Shown here in pieces: positions 39,840 to 49,965 of a stretch of DNA of 64,000 bases. The stretch comes from Candidatus Micrarchaeota archaeon. Lineage in GTDB: Archaea; Micrarchaeota; Micrarchaeia; Micrarchaeales; Micrarchaeaceae. The DNA lies in contig JAJZJM010000001.1 in NCBI GenBank assembly GCA_021810105.1, positions 296,850-360,849 of the forward strand, given 5' to 3'. How positions within the stretch are numbered: position 1 is the stretch's first letter; every line of letters begins with the position of its first letter. Both the position numbers and the translations under genes were made by a program. Below the pieces are notes generated by a model. That model saw only the letters and a program-made list of their open reading frames with translations. It was not told the origin of the DNA and ran no database searches.

Positions 39840-40623
39840 GCCATACATAATACGTGTGTCTTCTCAAAAAGGAGGTGTTGGTAAGACTGCAATATCTGTA
39901 AACTTTGCATCCGCATTAAGAAGTCTTGGCTATAGAACCTTGGTAATAGATTTTGATTTTACAAACCCTAGCATTGGATTTCATTTGGGGCTTGAAGGCA
40001 TAAATTCTGGTACAAAAGCGGCTATGGAAAAGAAGACCGCTCTTAGCAGCGTTGTTTCAATACATGAGCCTACAGGCATGCATGTAATAGCTGGAGAGGT
40101 AAAAGGGTGGGATGTACTTCCTGATAAAAGCGTATTGTCCTCTTTTGTTAACGGGCTAAAGAAGACAAATTACAACTTTATCATAGTTGATACCGCCCCA
40201 GGATTTGAACCTGAGGCAGAGCTTAACTATTTTGACGAGGGGTTGATAATAACAACTCCTGACGTACCTTCATGTGCTAGTGCGGTAAGGCTTTCCCATA
40301 AATACAATAGATCCAAGCTAAGGCATTCTCTTATTGTAAATAAGATAAGGAATACCAGATACGAGCTTAGTTTTGATGATATAATGGACATGTATGGAGG
40401 AGACTATGCATCACAACTGCCTGAAGATGATGCCGTTCCTGAAGGGATTGCAGCGCACATACCAGCATATAATCTTAAACCTAGATCAAGATTCTCACGA
40501 AGCATATTCTCACTTGTTAAAAGGCATGTTTCAGCGATTGATACAGACGAACCTCCAATTGCTATGCGTAAGAAAGGACTATGGCACAGGTTTTCAACCA
40601 AATTTCCTTCAAGAAAACGCTAA
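39832..40623 (+). CDS. MinD/ParA-family ATPase
   Basis: KGGVGKT, DFD, IIVDTAPG, TTPD, LPED. Confidence 0.88.
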   Translation: MNKPYIIRVSSQKGGVGKTAISVNFASALRSLGYRTLVIDFDFTNPSIGFHLGLEGINSGTKAAMEKKTALSSVVSIHEPTGMHVIAGEVKGWDVLPDKSVLSSFVNGLKKTNYNFIIVDTAPGFEPEAELNYFDEGLIITTPDVPSCASAVRLSHKYNRSKLRHSLIVNKIRNTRYELSFDDIMDMYGGDYASQLPEDDAVPEGIAAHIPAYNLKPRSRFSRSIFSLVKRHVSAIDTDEPPIAMRKKGLWHRFSTKFPSRKR

Positions 40624-40656
40624 ATATTTGACTGTAGAACTATTTGCAGCCAATCA

Positions 40657-43600
40657 GTGAAACATATGAAACAAGTTTATTTGAACTTATTATTTTTAGT
40701 CTTAGCCATGTTTATAACCGCGCATGCCGTTATGGTTCCTAATGTTTTGTTTCAGAGTCAGAGTAATCCACAAAACAGCATAACAAGCACCATTAGTTCA
40801 ACATCTACAGGAAATGTGACGGCATCATCTGCACAGTCCTCTAATGCCCCTAATAGTACATCCACCATTCTAACCACAAGCGTGTCAACAACCATACCTT
40901 ATGTTTCAACAATGTTCAGAGAATCAGGATTGCCTGAAGGCGTGGCATGGTCTGTCCTATATAATGGAAGGGGCTCTGTTTCCATATCTCCCAATAGCAC
41001 TTCATCTTCAACTCCTCCAGGTAACTATACTTTCATAGTATCTTATCCTACAAGCAATGGAATAACCTATATACCGAATCCATCTAACGGGACCTTAACG
41101 GCAGGAGGTTTATTGACGATAAATTTTACTCAGAATGTAACATTGCCGCAGCAAAAGACAACTTTTCAGGAACTTGGGTTGCCAAATAACAGCTCATGGA
41201 GTGTCACATTTAATGGGATTAATATAAGCGCAATCGCCCCAAACAGCATTGTTTTCTCAACATCGCCTGGCAACTACACATATACGATAGGGAATGTGTC
41301 GTTTGGAGGATTAACTTATCTGCCAAAAACGCAATCAGGGGTACTAGAAGCGGGCGGCAGCCCCATTGTTAATTTTTCCGCCAGTTATTCAGAATCCATT
41401 CCTAGTGCATCGACTTCGCTCCCAGCAAGCAATCTTGGATTAATAACAACACTCAGAACCAGCCTTCCTAACGGGGCTCTGTTTATATCTAATGAGAGTC
41501 CAATTGCACAAGGCGAAAATGGAACTTCAGTAAATGTAATTGCTCCAGTATATTTGAGTTTCCAGAACATGAGCAATATTACTGCCATTAATTCAAGTCA
41601 ATTAGAAAGTGTCAGATCGCAAGTGAATAAATTTTATAGTGGAGGCTTGCGCTCTGCAGGCATTTCGGCTTTATCAGTGAAAAACAGTTACTCTGGAATG
41701 TATGTTTTTAATGAAAATATTTCAGCACAGTACGGCAGCATATCGCAATCAAACAACTACGTGCCAGCTGGAAGAACGCTTCATTATATAGCATATAACA
41801 CTTATGGAATAATCACTTATTACAACGTAAGCGTACACAGAACAAGACCAACTCTTAAAATAAGCGTAAACGGAGCCATAGCCAAAAACCCTAATACCAC
41901 TTCGGTAATACACATACCAATACTGAACGGGCAGAGCGATTACAACATTTCTGTAGCTCTTGATAGTGTTTTGGCAGGTAGAAATCAGGCAAATTTTACA
42001 TATAAAATAAATTTTTCCAATGGTACAATAATAAACAGAACTTTGAATGCCAACTACGTGAACTATTCTGAGACATTCACTCTTCCAGCAGACCAGAATG
42101 CAACAATAACATTTGAGACTGGAGGAAATGCGAATTACACTCCTGTAGATCCAACCGTAGTAATAGTGCCTGCAGCGATATCATATTACTTGCCGATTAC
42201 ATTGACTAATTCACAAACAGTAGCTACCCCTGCACCATTTCAGGAAGAGGTTTCTGTAAATAGTCTGGATTACAGTTCATACGAAGCAAATAACCTAGAT
42301 AATATAGAGTTTTTCTATGCGGCTGGCAATATAATATCAAGTTGGATGGAGGGCAGCGTTAGCAATACATTGCTAAATAACCCGAAAAATTCTTCGTTGT
42401 TACATACATCAACTAATACCACCTATTGGCTTAACATATCAAAAGGGATACCAGCAAGCAATTCTATCACAGTATATATGGGTTTTGCCCCAGTATCAGT
42501 AAGCCTTTTGAATAATATCAATGTCGGAGAGAGCCCTCAGATAAGCAGTATTTATGGGCAGTATGATGATGGAACAAACGTATTTGATTATTATAATGTT
42601 AATCCAACTTCGACTTCAGGGTGGACCTTGGCGGGAATTGCAGGCCGTACAGGTTCCGCCCCTTCTGGAAATCATTTTATCACTACAAATGCATTATATG
42701 CGAATTCGGCTAATGGAGATTATCTTTACACATCCATACTGGATCTGACAACAAACGTGGTGATAACTTATGATGTATACACAACAGGTTTGGGAGACTT
42801 CTTTTTCCTGACAAACTCTGCCGGAAAAGGACAGATGACAAGGCTTGACGGGAGAGGAGGCGCAGATTACTCTGGATTAGCAACAACTTCTACATGGAAG
42901 AGCTGGGCTGCACCTTCTTCGGGGCTCTCCGAGACTACAAAAGTATGGTACAAATATGATACTGTAGTTTCTGGAACATCAGCTTATTCTTATATAGGAA
43001 ACATGTCGGATTCTTTGTCCACATATGGCAAACAGACATCCTCAACCGCATTTACGGTTGTAGATGATGGAAATTATTTGGGGCTTGTTGGAGATGGACT
43101 AGGTTCGTCTTACATAACTTACTGGGATGGAATAATCATACGCGCGGAGCCCCCTGGAGGAGTGATGCCAGTAGCAGCTTTAGGAACGGTTGTGGCTTCC
43201 GATGCCCCGGTGTTGATTTTCCAGTCCAACCCTATCAGTTATGGAGTCAGCAATCTTATTACTTTAACTACCCAGAGAACGGGAGATAGTGTTGAGATAT
43301 TGAAGAATGGCAATGTTATCGCTGGACCTGCGGCAAACAGCGTTAGTTATAGTGTATGCGGGGCTTCGCCATCACTTTCTAGTTGCTGGTCTCCGGGTAG
43401 CTATGTAATAACAGGAAAGGATGTAAATAGCGGGGTAATTAGCAATGGAATACTTATCGTTAATAAAGGGACTCCTTCTTTGAAGCTAGTGTCAGCGAAT
43501 ATTGTTTTAAATACATTGAGTAGCACGCCGGTCAATTATAGCATATCAACGATTGGAAATCAATTGTCTGCAAACCTAATAATAAATAATAATTATATTT

Positions 43601-45090
43601 CCAGCACTTCATCCAGCAATACGTATTCGCTTGCAACCAGCATAGGAAATTACAAATTAAAAGAAACAACCGCTGGCAACAGCAATTATACTTCTTATAA
43701 TCTGACCAAATCCTTATGCATAGTGCAAAAACCGAGCTCTTTTCCTACAGGTTTGATATATTACGCCCCGGTGTGCATAATAAATAATCAATCCTCTTCG
43801 TCATCGGCACAGTTCCAGCAGATGATCAACATAAGCGAAGATGTATATTCTGGCTACCTATCCTATAATGGAGAATTCGCCAATTTTGAGATATTCAATG
43901 CAACTGGAAGTGTGCAGCCATCGTGGATAGAGAGCAACGATTCAGGAGTATTGACAACCTGGATAAAAATGCCGGGTATTATTGGCGCGAATGCAGTTTT
44001 TTCCCTTTATCTAGGATTTGCGCCAAACACATTAAACCTTCTTTCAAACAGCGGGACAAGCGGAATAGGAGAGATACCTACAGCAAGCGGGTCTTATGGA
44101 GAGTATGATGATGGTGCAAGCGTTTTTGAAAATTATTTCCCTGGAAATTCCTTATCGACATGGACAAACGCTGGCACTTCCGGGCAAACTTCTTCTGCAC
44201 CTTCAGGATCACCTTTTGGAACCAATGCTTTCTATGCAAACGGGGCAAATGGAGATTATCTTTATACAACTGCAAATGGGCAGGCTGCAAATATGATAAT
44301 AGAGTATTATACAGACACAGCAAACCTTGATGATGTTTTCTTCCTGACAAACTCTTCAGGGGGAGGGCAGATAGGCAGAGTAGGAAATGGTGTAGGCTGG
44401 TATGGAATCGCGTCTTCAAGCTCATGGACTAGCTGGACCGCCCCTCCAGATAATGGTCAGTGGTCGAATAAATGGCTGCTGATTTCTATAGTATCTATAA
44501 ACGGAACTGCAACTATGTACCTTTCACCTAATGCGGGCAACTATGGGAGTGAGATTGGCCAAAATGCTTCAAATAGCTATTCTGTAGCGAATAATGGAGA
44601 TTATCTAGGTTTTGTTGGAGATGCAGCTGGTGGCACCACAACGCAATATTTGAATGGAATGATAATAAGGCAAAGGCCGCCTAACGGGATAATGCCTTCA
44701 TCGGTATTTGGAAGCCCTACATCTATCCAATCGACATGCTCAGTCTCCATATCTCCAGCAACAATAAATTTTGGGTCTTTAAATCCTGGCTCTTCTTTTG
44801 ATACAAACCAGGTTGTAACAGACTATAATAATGGTACAGTTTCTGCAAATATGCTGGTATATGCAGGAAATTGGATTAATGGTGCTGTTAACTTCGGATT
44901 ATCTAAAACCTTATGGAACCCAACATCTCTCTCATCTTATACTGGAAATGCAATGACTACTGCGCCAACTTTAGCCAATATAATAATACCTGCATCAGGC
45001 TCGAACAGCATATATTTTGGCTTGTCCGTTCCTCCTGGCCAGAGTGCAGGCTCTTACTCTCAAACCATAACCATAGAAAATGAATGTTGA
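40657..45090 (+). CDS. Large secreted adhesin-like protein (ESGLP repeats, duplicated DUF2341-like module, C-terminal Cys-closed domain)
   Basis: Signal peptide; F.E.GLP....WSV x2; two homologous ~330-aa modules; ends YSQTITIENEC. Confidence 0.75.
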   Translation: MKHMKQVYLNLLFLVLAMFITAHAVMVPNVLFQSQSNPQNSITSTISSTSTGNVTASSAQSSNAPNSTSTILTTSVSTTIPYVSTMFRESGLPEGVAWSVLYNGRGSVSISPNSTSSSTPPGNYTFIVSYPTSNGITYIPNPSNGTLTAGGLLTINFTQNVTLPQQKTTFQELGLPNNSSWSVTFNGINISAIAPNSIVFSTSPGNYTYTIGNVSFGGLTYLPKTQSGVLEAGGSPIVNFSASYSESIPSASTSLPASNLGLITTLRTSLPNGALFISNESPIAQGENGTSVNVIAPVYLSFQNMSNITAINSSQLESVRSQVNKFYSGGLRSAGISALSVKNSYSGMYVFNENISAQYGSISQSNNYVPAGRTLHYIAYNTYGIITYYNVSVHRTRPTLKISVNGAIAKNPNTTSVIHIPILNGQSDYNISVALDSVLAGRNQANFTYKINFSNGTIINRTLNANYVNYSETFTLPADQNATITFETGGNANYTPVDPTVVIVPAAISYYLPITLTNSQTVATPAPFQEEVSVNSLDYSSYEANNLDNIEFFYAAGNIISSWMEGSVSNTLLNNPKNSSLLHTSTNTTYWLNISKGIPASNSITVYMGFAPVSVSLLNNINVGESPQISSIYGQYDDGTNVFDYYNVNPTSTSGWTLAGIAGRTGSAPSGNHFITTNALYANSANGDYLYTSILDLTTNVVITYDVYTTGLGDFFFLTNSAGKGQMTRLDGRGGADYSGLATTSTWKSWAAPSSGLSETTKVWYKYDTVVSGTSAYSYIGNMSDSLSTYGKQTSSTAFTVVDDGNYLGLVGDGLGSSYITYWDGIIIRAEPPGGVMPVAALGTVVASDAPVLIFQSNPISYGVSNLITLTTQRTGDSVEILKNGNVIAGPAANSVSYSVCGASPSLSSCWSPGSYVITGKDVNSGVISNGILIVNKGTPSLKLVSANIVLNTLSSTPVNYSISTIGNQLSANLIINNNYISSTSSSNTYSLATSIGNYKLKETTAGNSNYTSYNLTKSLCIVQKPSSFPTGLIYYAPVCIINNQSSSSSAQFQQMINISEDVYSGYLSYNGEFANFEIFNATGSVQPSWIESNDSGVLTTWIKMPGIIGANAVFSLYLGFAPNTLNLLSNSGTSGIGEIPTASGSYGEYDDGASVFENYFPGNSLSTWTNAGTSGQTSSAPSGSPFGTNAFYANGANGDYLYTTANGQAANMIIEYYTDTANLDDVFFLTNSSGGGQIGRVGNGVGWYGIASSSSWTSWTAPPDNGQWSNKWLLISIVSINGTATMYLSPNAGNYGSEIGQNASNSYSVANNGDYLGFVGDAAGGTTTQYLNGMIIRQRPPNGIMPSSVFGSPTSIQSTCSVSISPATINFGSLNPGSSFDTNQVVTDYNNGTVSANMLVYAGNWINGAVNFGLSKTLWNPTSLSSYTGNAMTTAPTLANIIIPASGSNSIYFGLSVPPGQSAGSYSQTITIENEC

Positions 45091-45114
45091 TTACGAAGGT
45101 TAACTAAACATATA

Positions 45115-46110
45115 ATGGATGTTTTTAAACCTTTTCATACTAAACTATTTGGCGATTTTATTAAGACTGAAAGAATATATAGATTAATTAGCACATTTGC
45201 AGCTGCATATCTGGCTTTGTTCGCTGCAACTATCGGACTTACCCAATTTACATTTGCCGGAACAGCATCAAATACAGTAGTTGCTTCGGTATCAATACCT
45301 AGCTCGTGCTTTATAAGTGGTGCAAATTCGATAAACCTGGGTAACAGCCTTCAGCCTGATACAAACTACCCTGCAAGCACCTCTTTTACAGTGAATGACC
45401 CTGGAGGAAATGCTGCATCTAACATATTAATTGCAGCTTCAGGCAACTGGATGCTTGGATCAAACAGCATATATTTTGGCAATGTTATATGGAGCAATAC
45501 GTTAAATTCTGCAACAGGTACAGGATTGACCAATACATTAGCAAATACGCTTATACAGATACCGGCTCCGTCTAGCGGAACTCCAACAACAAACAGTAAT
45601 GTTTATCTTGGGATACAGATCCCTGCTGGCCAAGCGCCAGGAGTATATACATCTAATATACTTTTCCAGAATTCATGCTACCCATCAAACTCTGTCACAT
45701 TGACAGTCCCTACAACAGCAAACGTAGTTCCGTTCTGCTACATATCCCTTAGCACAAACACAATAAACTTTGGCAGTATTGCGCCAGGGGCGAACGTACC
45801 TACTGCAAATACGGTTGTAGTAAGCAACCCTGGAGGAAATGCTGCAGCAAACGTGCTTGTTGACGGAACAAACTGGGCATCAAGCTCAAGTAGCTTTGGT
45901 GTTTCAAACACAATATGGGATGTCTCTTCGCAAACCACGTATAATGGGGTTGCATTGAGCAACTCATTAGCCATTACTGGGATAATATTGGCTGCTCCAA
46001 ATACAGTAAACACAATAACAAGCAATGACATATACTTCGGATTGGGAGTGCCTACCGCCACAGTTGCAGGAACATACACACAGAACATATTGATCGAGAA
46101 CTCCTGCTGA
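45115..46110 (+). CDS. Secreted two-domain fimbrial/WxL-like subunit
   Basis: Signal peptide; two domains C.IS..IN.G...PGGNAA...YxG..P.....G.YT.NI...NSC. Confidence 0.7.
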   Translation: MDVFKPFHTKLFGDFIKTERIYRLISTFAAAYLALFAATIGLTQFTFAGTASNTVVASVSIPSSCFISGANSINLGNSLQPDTNYPASTSFTVNDPGGNAASNILIAASGNWMLGSNSIYFGNVIWSNTLNSATGTGLTNTLANTLIQIPAPSSGTPTTNSNVYLGIQIPAGQAPGVYTSNILFQNSCYPSNSVTLTVPTTANVVPFCYISLSTNTINFGSIAPGANVPTANTVVVSNPGGNAAANVLVDGTNWASSSSSFGVSNTIWDVSSQTTYNGVALSNSLAITGIILAAPNTVNTITSNDIYFGLGVPTATVAGTYTQNILIENSC

Positions 46111-46111
46111 T

Positions 46112-46819
46112 TTGATGAAAAAGATAGCTGGTTTTGATTGTAAAAGCCTATTCGTATTATTCTTTGTGGGATTCGCTCTGCTATCTTTCATGATGATGTT
46201 ACCTGCGGCACAACTTGGTGAAGAGGCAGGGTCCCTCAACTTCAACGTGCAGGTAGGCCATAACCAGACCCTGCAAATGCATTTGGGGAACTCTGGAAAT
46301 GTGCCTGTAGGATTCAAGATACAACTTCCTTCAATAACAGAGCAAGATAATCAAAGTCCGCCCATTATAACGGCTAGCCCTTTATACGGAGTGGTGCAGC
46401 CATATTCTACTTTTCCTGTAAATATAACAGTTTTTATGCCGTTAAATGATACTCCTGGCGCAACAACATGGAGTGTAATAATATCGGCAGTGCAGTCGAA
46501 TAACGCATCAAACCCCGGAGGCGCTGTGATAGAGGAAGGAGTGGCCAAGATTGCATCCATAAGCGCAATTCTATCAACAACGAGCACTTCAACAGTGACC
46601 ACAACCGTATTGCAGAGGCTCGGCGCAACAGCCCCATTAGTACCCTCTTCGATGCTAGTCATAATAGTAGTAGTGATTGTAATTGTAGTGCTAAGTGCAG
46701 CCGCATTGGCGCTTTATATTAAATCGAAGAAAACCTCTAGAAATAGATCCAAGCACGCACGAAAGACTTCGGGAAGGGCGCGCAAAACAAAGAGCGCACA
46801 TTCCGTAAATCGGCGCTGA
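46112..46819 (+). CDS. Secreted Ig-like protein with Thr linker, C-terminal TM and basic tail
   Basis: Signal peptide; one beta-sandwich-like domain; TM; KR-rich tail. Confidence 0.7.
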   Translation: MMKKIAGFDCKSLFVLFFVGFALLSFMMMLPAAQLGEEAGSLNFNVQVGHNQTLQMHLGNSGNVPVGFKIQLPSITEQDNQSPPIITASPLYGVVQPYSTFPVNITVFMPLNDTPGATTWSVIISAVQSNNASNPGGAVIEEGVAKIASISAILSTTSTSTVTTTVLQRLGATAPLVPSSMLVIIVVVIVIVVLSAAALALYIKSKKTSRNRSKHARKTSGRARKTKSAHSVNRR

Positions 46820-46838
46820 TTTTCAGGCATAAATAGAG

Positions 46839-47990
46839 TCAGGGCTGCATCCAGTCTATTTCATAGTACTCGTAACTGCTACTTGGGAGCTCTATTCTCC
46901 TTACTTTATAGTATGTTACTGCAGTCTCCCTGTCTGCGATTGCGATGATAAGCTCGAGTCTCCTTTCCATGGAGGCACTTATTATCGCAGAAAGCTCACT
47001 GCCGCCTATGTACTCTTCCTCTCCTATCGAAAGCATGCCGAACCTTGGAGCGTCGTTCTTTGGATTCTCTGTGTCTTTGCCCTTTCTATGATATAGCACA
47101 AAGTCTATGTCTAGATTTTTCTTCCTGCTTATTCCAGGTATGGCGAGTATGAAAGTCTTCCTAACAGAATGCGCAACCCTTATGGCCCTGGCCCATTCCG
47201 ATATCAGAAGCTTTGAATCCCTTGGAAATACATGAATGACATGCTTTGAATGCATCCATGATGGATCGTCCCTTATCGGCCTTGCCCCTGGAAAATATAT
47301 CCTAAAATGGGTGCCGAACTTGAATCCCGTTTTTACTACATATCCCTTGCCCCTCCAATCAGCATAGACCTGGTAGAGCTTCTGGAAGTCTTTCCTTCTC
47401 CTTGATGCTATTTGGATTATTTCCGATTTTGATAGGTTATCCACTTTCAGCACTCCTTTATCTATTAGGAATAGAGTTTCGTATATGTCTAACTTATTCA
47501 GAGTCCCGTGCTCCCCCATCTTGTATGTTCCGTATTGCCCAAACCACAACTCATTGTATATCCTTTTGCTGTCTTCGTTTTCGTCTGCTATTGTGATAAG
47601 GTCGTCAGTGAAAAACTCGCCAGTCATGCCATAGCCTGAGAGCTTGAGCTTTCCTGAAGGGTATTTTTTAACCGGAGATTTGCTGTTTTCCTTTCCTTTA
47701 TATGATGCCGGTTTTATTATCAATCCGCGATCCCTCCAGTCCTTGTATGTAAAATACCTTGCTATTACCTTTTTGGGCTGCTTTTCTGCCAATTGGTTGA
47801 ATGAGAGAGCTTCTCCCTGCGAGTTTACGCATTCTGCCTTCCTTACATCCATCAGGTACATCGCTTCCTCAGGGCATAGGCATAACCGGCCATTTTCAAA
47901 CAGCCCTATGAATCCGTCTTTTAATATGTCTGTTGTAGATTGGTCTGCTGCGAATATCGCGCCTTTCTCTTGAATAAGCTTCAAAGTCAT
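46839..47990 (-). CDS. endA: tRNA-intron lyase (splicing endonuclease), ARMAN epsilon2-like
   Basis: Y.DWR.RG twice; catalytic TGFKFGTHFRIY..HSK..AHSVRK; ~383 aa; ATGA-coupled to dph5. Confidence 0.9.
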   Translation of the reverse strand: MTLKLIQEKGAIFAADQSTTDILKDGFIGLFENGRLCLCPEEAMYLMDVRKAECVNSQGEALSFNQLAEKQPKKVIARYFTYKDWRDRGLIIKPASYKGKENSKSPVKKYPSGKLKLSGYGMTGEFFTDDLITIADENEDSKRIYNELWFGQYGTYKMGEHGTLNKLDIYETLFLIDKGVLKVDNLSKSEIIQIASRRRKDFQKLYQVYADWRGKGYVVKTGFKFGTHFRIYFPGARPIRDDPSWMHSKHVIHVFPRDSKLLISEWARAIRVAHSVRKTFILAIPGISRKKNLDIDFVLYHRKGKDTENPKNDAPRFGMLSIGEEEYIGGSELSAIISASMERRLELIIAIADRETAVTYYKVRRIELPSSSYEYYEIDWMQP

Positions 47991-48751
47991 AGCACTCCCT
48001 TCATCGATTCCATTGTCTCCCTTTCTATATCTGTGATTGCAGCGGGTATTATTAGGCATGCCATGCCGTTTTGCTCTATTGACATTGCCTCTGATACCTT
48101 CATGCTTTCCGCCTTTTCATCTTCAGTGCCGAGACTGAGCAGCACAAGGATGTTGCTGCTGCTAGAGATTATGCCCTTGCCATAATGCGCCTCTGCCTTT
48201 TCAAGAATTTCTAATGCGCTTTTAATAGAAATTGAATTTCCGCTTTCCTCGTTGTAATCCAGCAGCACTAGCGAATGGTTATTCTTGGAATGGTTCTTTT
48301 CTATTGTCTCGTAGAAGGATACCGGCTTATACTTGTCCGTCCACCTTGGTATCGTGCAGACCGCACCAAACCTGTAAAAATCAAGGCCGCTTCTGCCTAT
48401 GGCTGCGGTGAATACACTTGATGAGTAGATTATTCTAACTTTGGCACCTTGCTTTTTTGCTTCTATGAAAAGTATCTTGTGGGTTGTTGCAATCAGAGGA
48501 TCTCCTCCAGTCAACACAGATATATCTGAATCCTTTGACTCTCCCACTATTCTGGATGCGTTCTCTTCCAGATCTTTTCTTTTGAGCATGACCACTTCCT
48601 TGCTTATCAGCCTGGATATGTGAGATGTTTTTTCCTTGTTCATGCTGCTGGTGTATGCCTCAGCATAAACTTTAGTTGAAGATTTGGCCGCGCTCACTCC
48701 ATCCACTGATATTCCTTCACGAGATAGCCCTGTGCCTATAAGGAATAGCAT
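47987..48751 (-). CDS. dph5: Diphthine synthase
   Basis: LIG.GL, E.YTS, GDPLIATTH, GL..YRFG, H.LVLLD. Confidence 0.93.
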   Translation of the reverse strand: MLFLIGTGLSREGISVDGVSAAKSSTKVYAEAYTSSMNKEKTSHISRLISKEVVMLKRKDLEENASRIVGESKDSDISVLTGGDPLIATTHKILFIEAKKQGAKVRIIYSSSVFTAAIGRSGLDFYRFGAVCTIPRWTDKYKPVSFYETIEKNHSKNNHSLVLLDYNEESGNSISIKSALEILEKAEAHYGKGIISSSSNILVLLSLGTEDEKAESMKVSEAMSIEQNGMACLIIPAAITDIERETMESMKGVL

Positions 48752-48763
48752 TAAACCACATAG

Positions 48764-49711
48764 CTATGCTATGCCATCTGGAGTTATCTTTATTATGCAT
48801 TCTCCCTCAGGCATGTTAGGTGAATCCACAAGCCTCACTATCCTCTTCTCTTCTTTGCTTTTTCTCATATAAAGCCTGGTAGTGGCAGCGTGAGCTATGA
48901 TATTGCCGCCTATTGGCACTGTAGGGTCGCCAAACATTATTCCAGGGTTGTCCATTACCTGGTTTGTTATATAAGCCGCTAGGCTGTATTTGTCTGAGAG
49001 CGTCTGCAGCCTATGTATGTGCTGGTTAAGTTTTTGCTGCCTTTCTCCCAACGAACCTCTGCCTACGAATTCCGCCCTGAATAGAGAGGTTAGAGAATCT
49101 ATTATTATGAGTTTTATGTTCTTTTCCTGTATGAGCTTATCCGCCCTTTCTAGAGACAGAATCTGCTGTTCTGTAGTAAGGGTTCTTACAAGCATTATGT
49201 TTTCCAATGCTTTTTCAGGGTTAATGCCTGCCGCCTTTGCAATAGATTCTATCCTTTCTGGCCTGAATGTGCCTTCTGTATCCAGAAATAGCACGTTTCC
49301 GTCAAGGCCTCCCTTTTCCCTGGGTAGCTGTGCATTTACAGCAATCTGGAAACCGAGCTGCGTTTTGCCGCTTGCAAACCTTCCATACGACTCTGTTATG
49401 CCATTTGTTTCTATTCCCCCTCCTATAAGCTCATCAAGATCCTTTGACCCTGTGCTTATCTTGCCGATCTGCTTCCTTTTATCATAGAACTGCCCTCCGG
49501 TCTCGTACGTTAGCGTTGTTGATTCCTGTGCAGCCTGGACCGCCTTTTTAGCTGCGTCTACGCTTATTCCAGAGATCTCTGCAAGTTCATGCGGGGCTGT
49601 TATTGCAACTTTATCAAGGCTATCTATGCCTGCCGCCTTAAGTTTGGCAGCCGTTGTAGGGCCTATACCTGGAAGATCCTCAAGTTCACGTATTGCTTTT
49701 TCCTTTGGCAT
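48764..49711 (-). CDS. radA: DNA repair and recombination protein RadA
   Basis: HhH N-domain, G.FASGKTQ, DTEGTFRPER, IGGNIIAH. Confidence 0.97.
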   Translation of the reverse strand: MPKEKAIRELEDLPGIGPTTAAKLKAAGIDSLDKVAITAPHELAEISGISVDAAKKAVQAAQESTTLTYETGGQFYDKRKQIGKISTGSKDLDELIGGGIETNGITESYGRFASGKTQLGFQIAVNAQLPREKGGLDGNVLFLDTEGTFRPERIESIAKAAGINPEKALENIMLVRTLTTEQQILSLERADKLIQEKNIKLIIIDSLTSLFRAEFVGRGSLGERQQKLNQHIHRLQTLSDKYSLAAYITNQVMDNPGIMFGDPTVPIGGNIIAHAATTRLYMRKSKEEKRIVRLVDSPNMPEGECIIKITPDGIA

Positions 49712-49818
49712 TAAAACACGCAACAAGTATTCTCATTTTATATTTTTAGCTGTTTGTGTGCTAACACATATAAATTAAAAGATTATGTAAGATAATAAAG
49801 CAATAAAAGAAGAAATAG

Positions 49819-49843
49819 TGCCAGCGTGGTTAACACGCTGGCA
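49819..49843. other. GC-rich hairpin in the radA/DUF92 intergenic region (possible ncRNA or terminator)
   Basis: TGCCAGCGTG-GTTAA-CACGCTGGCA perfect 10-bp stem. Confidence 0.6.
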
Positions 49844-49965
49844 AGGCGACCAGTTCTTCACGACCTTCCTACAGTAGAGAACCCGTAATAAGCTATCCGA
49901 ATATAGGTTTAAAAAGCTTTCTTATATCGTCAAATAGTGGAATAACTTTCCAAAAAGATGGATGT

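Noticed and set aside
47991..48059. N-terminal extension of EndA in the ORF track (likewise nuoA, nuoD, radA)
   Set aside because: Downstream ATGs match family N-termini; for endA and nuoD they also give stop/start coupling.
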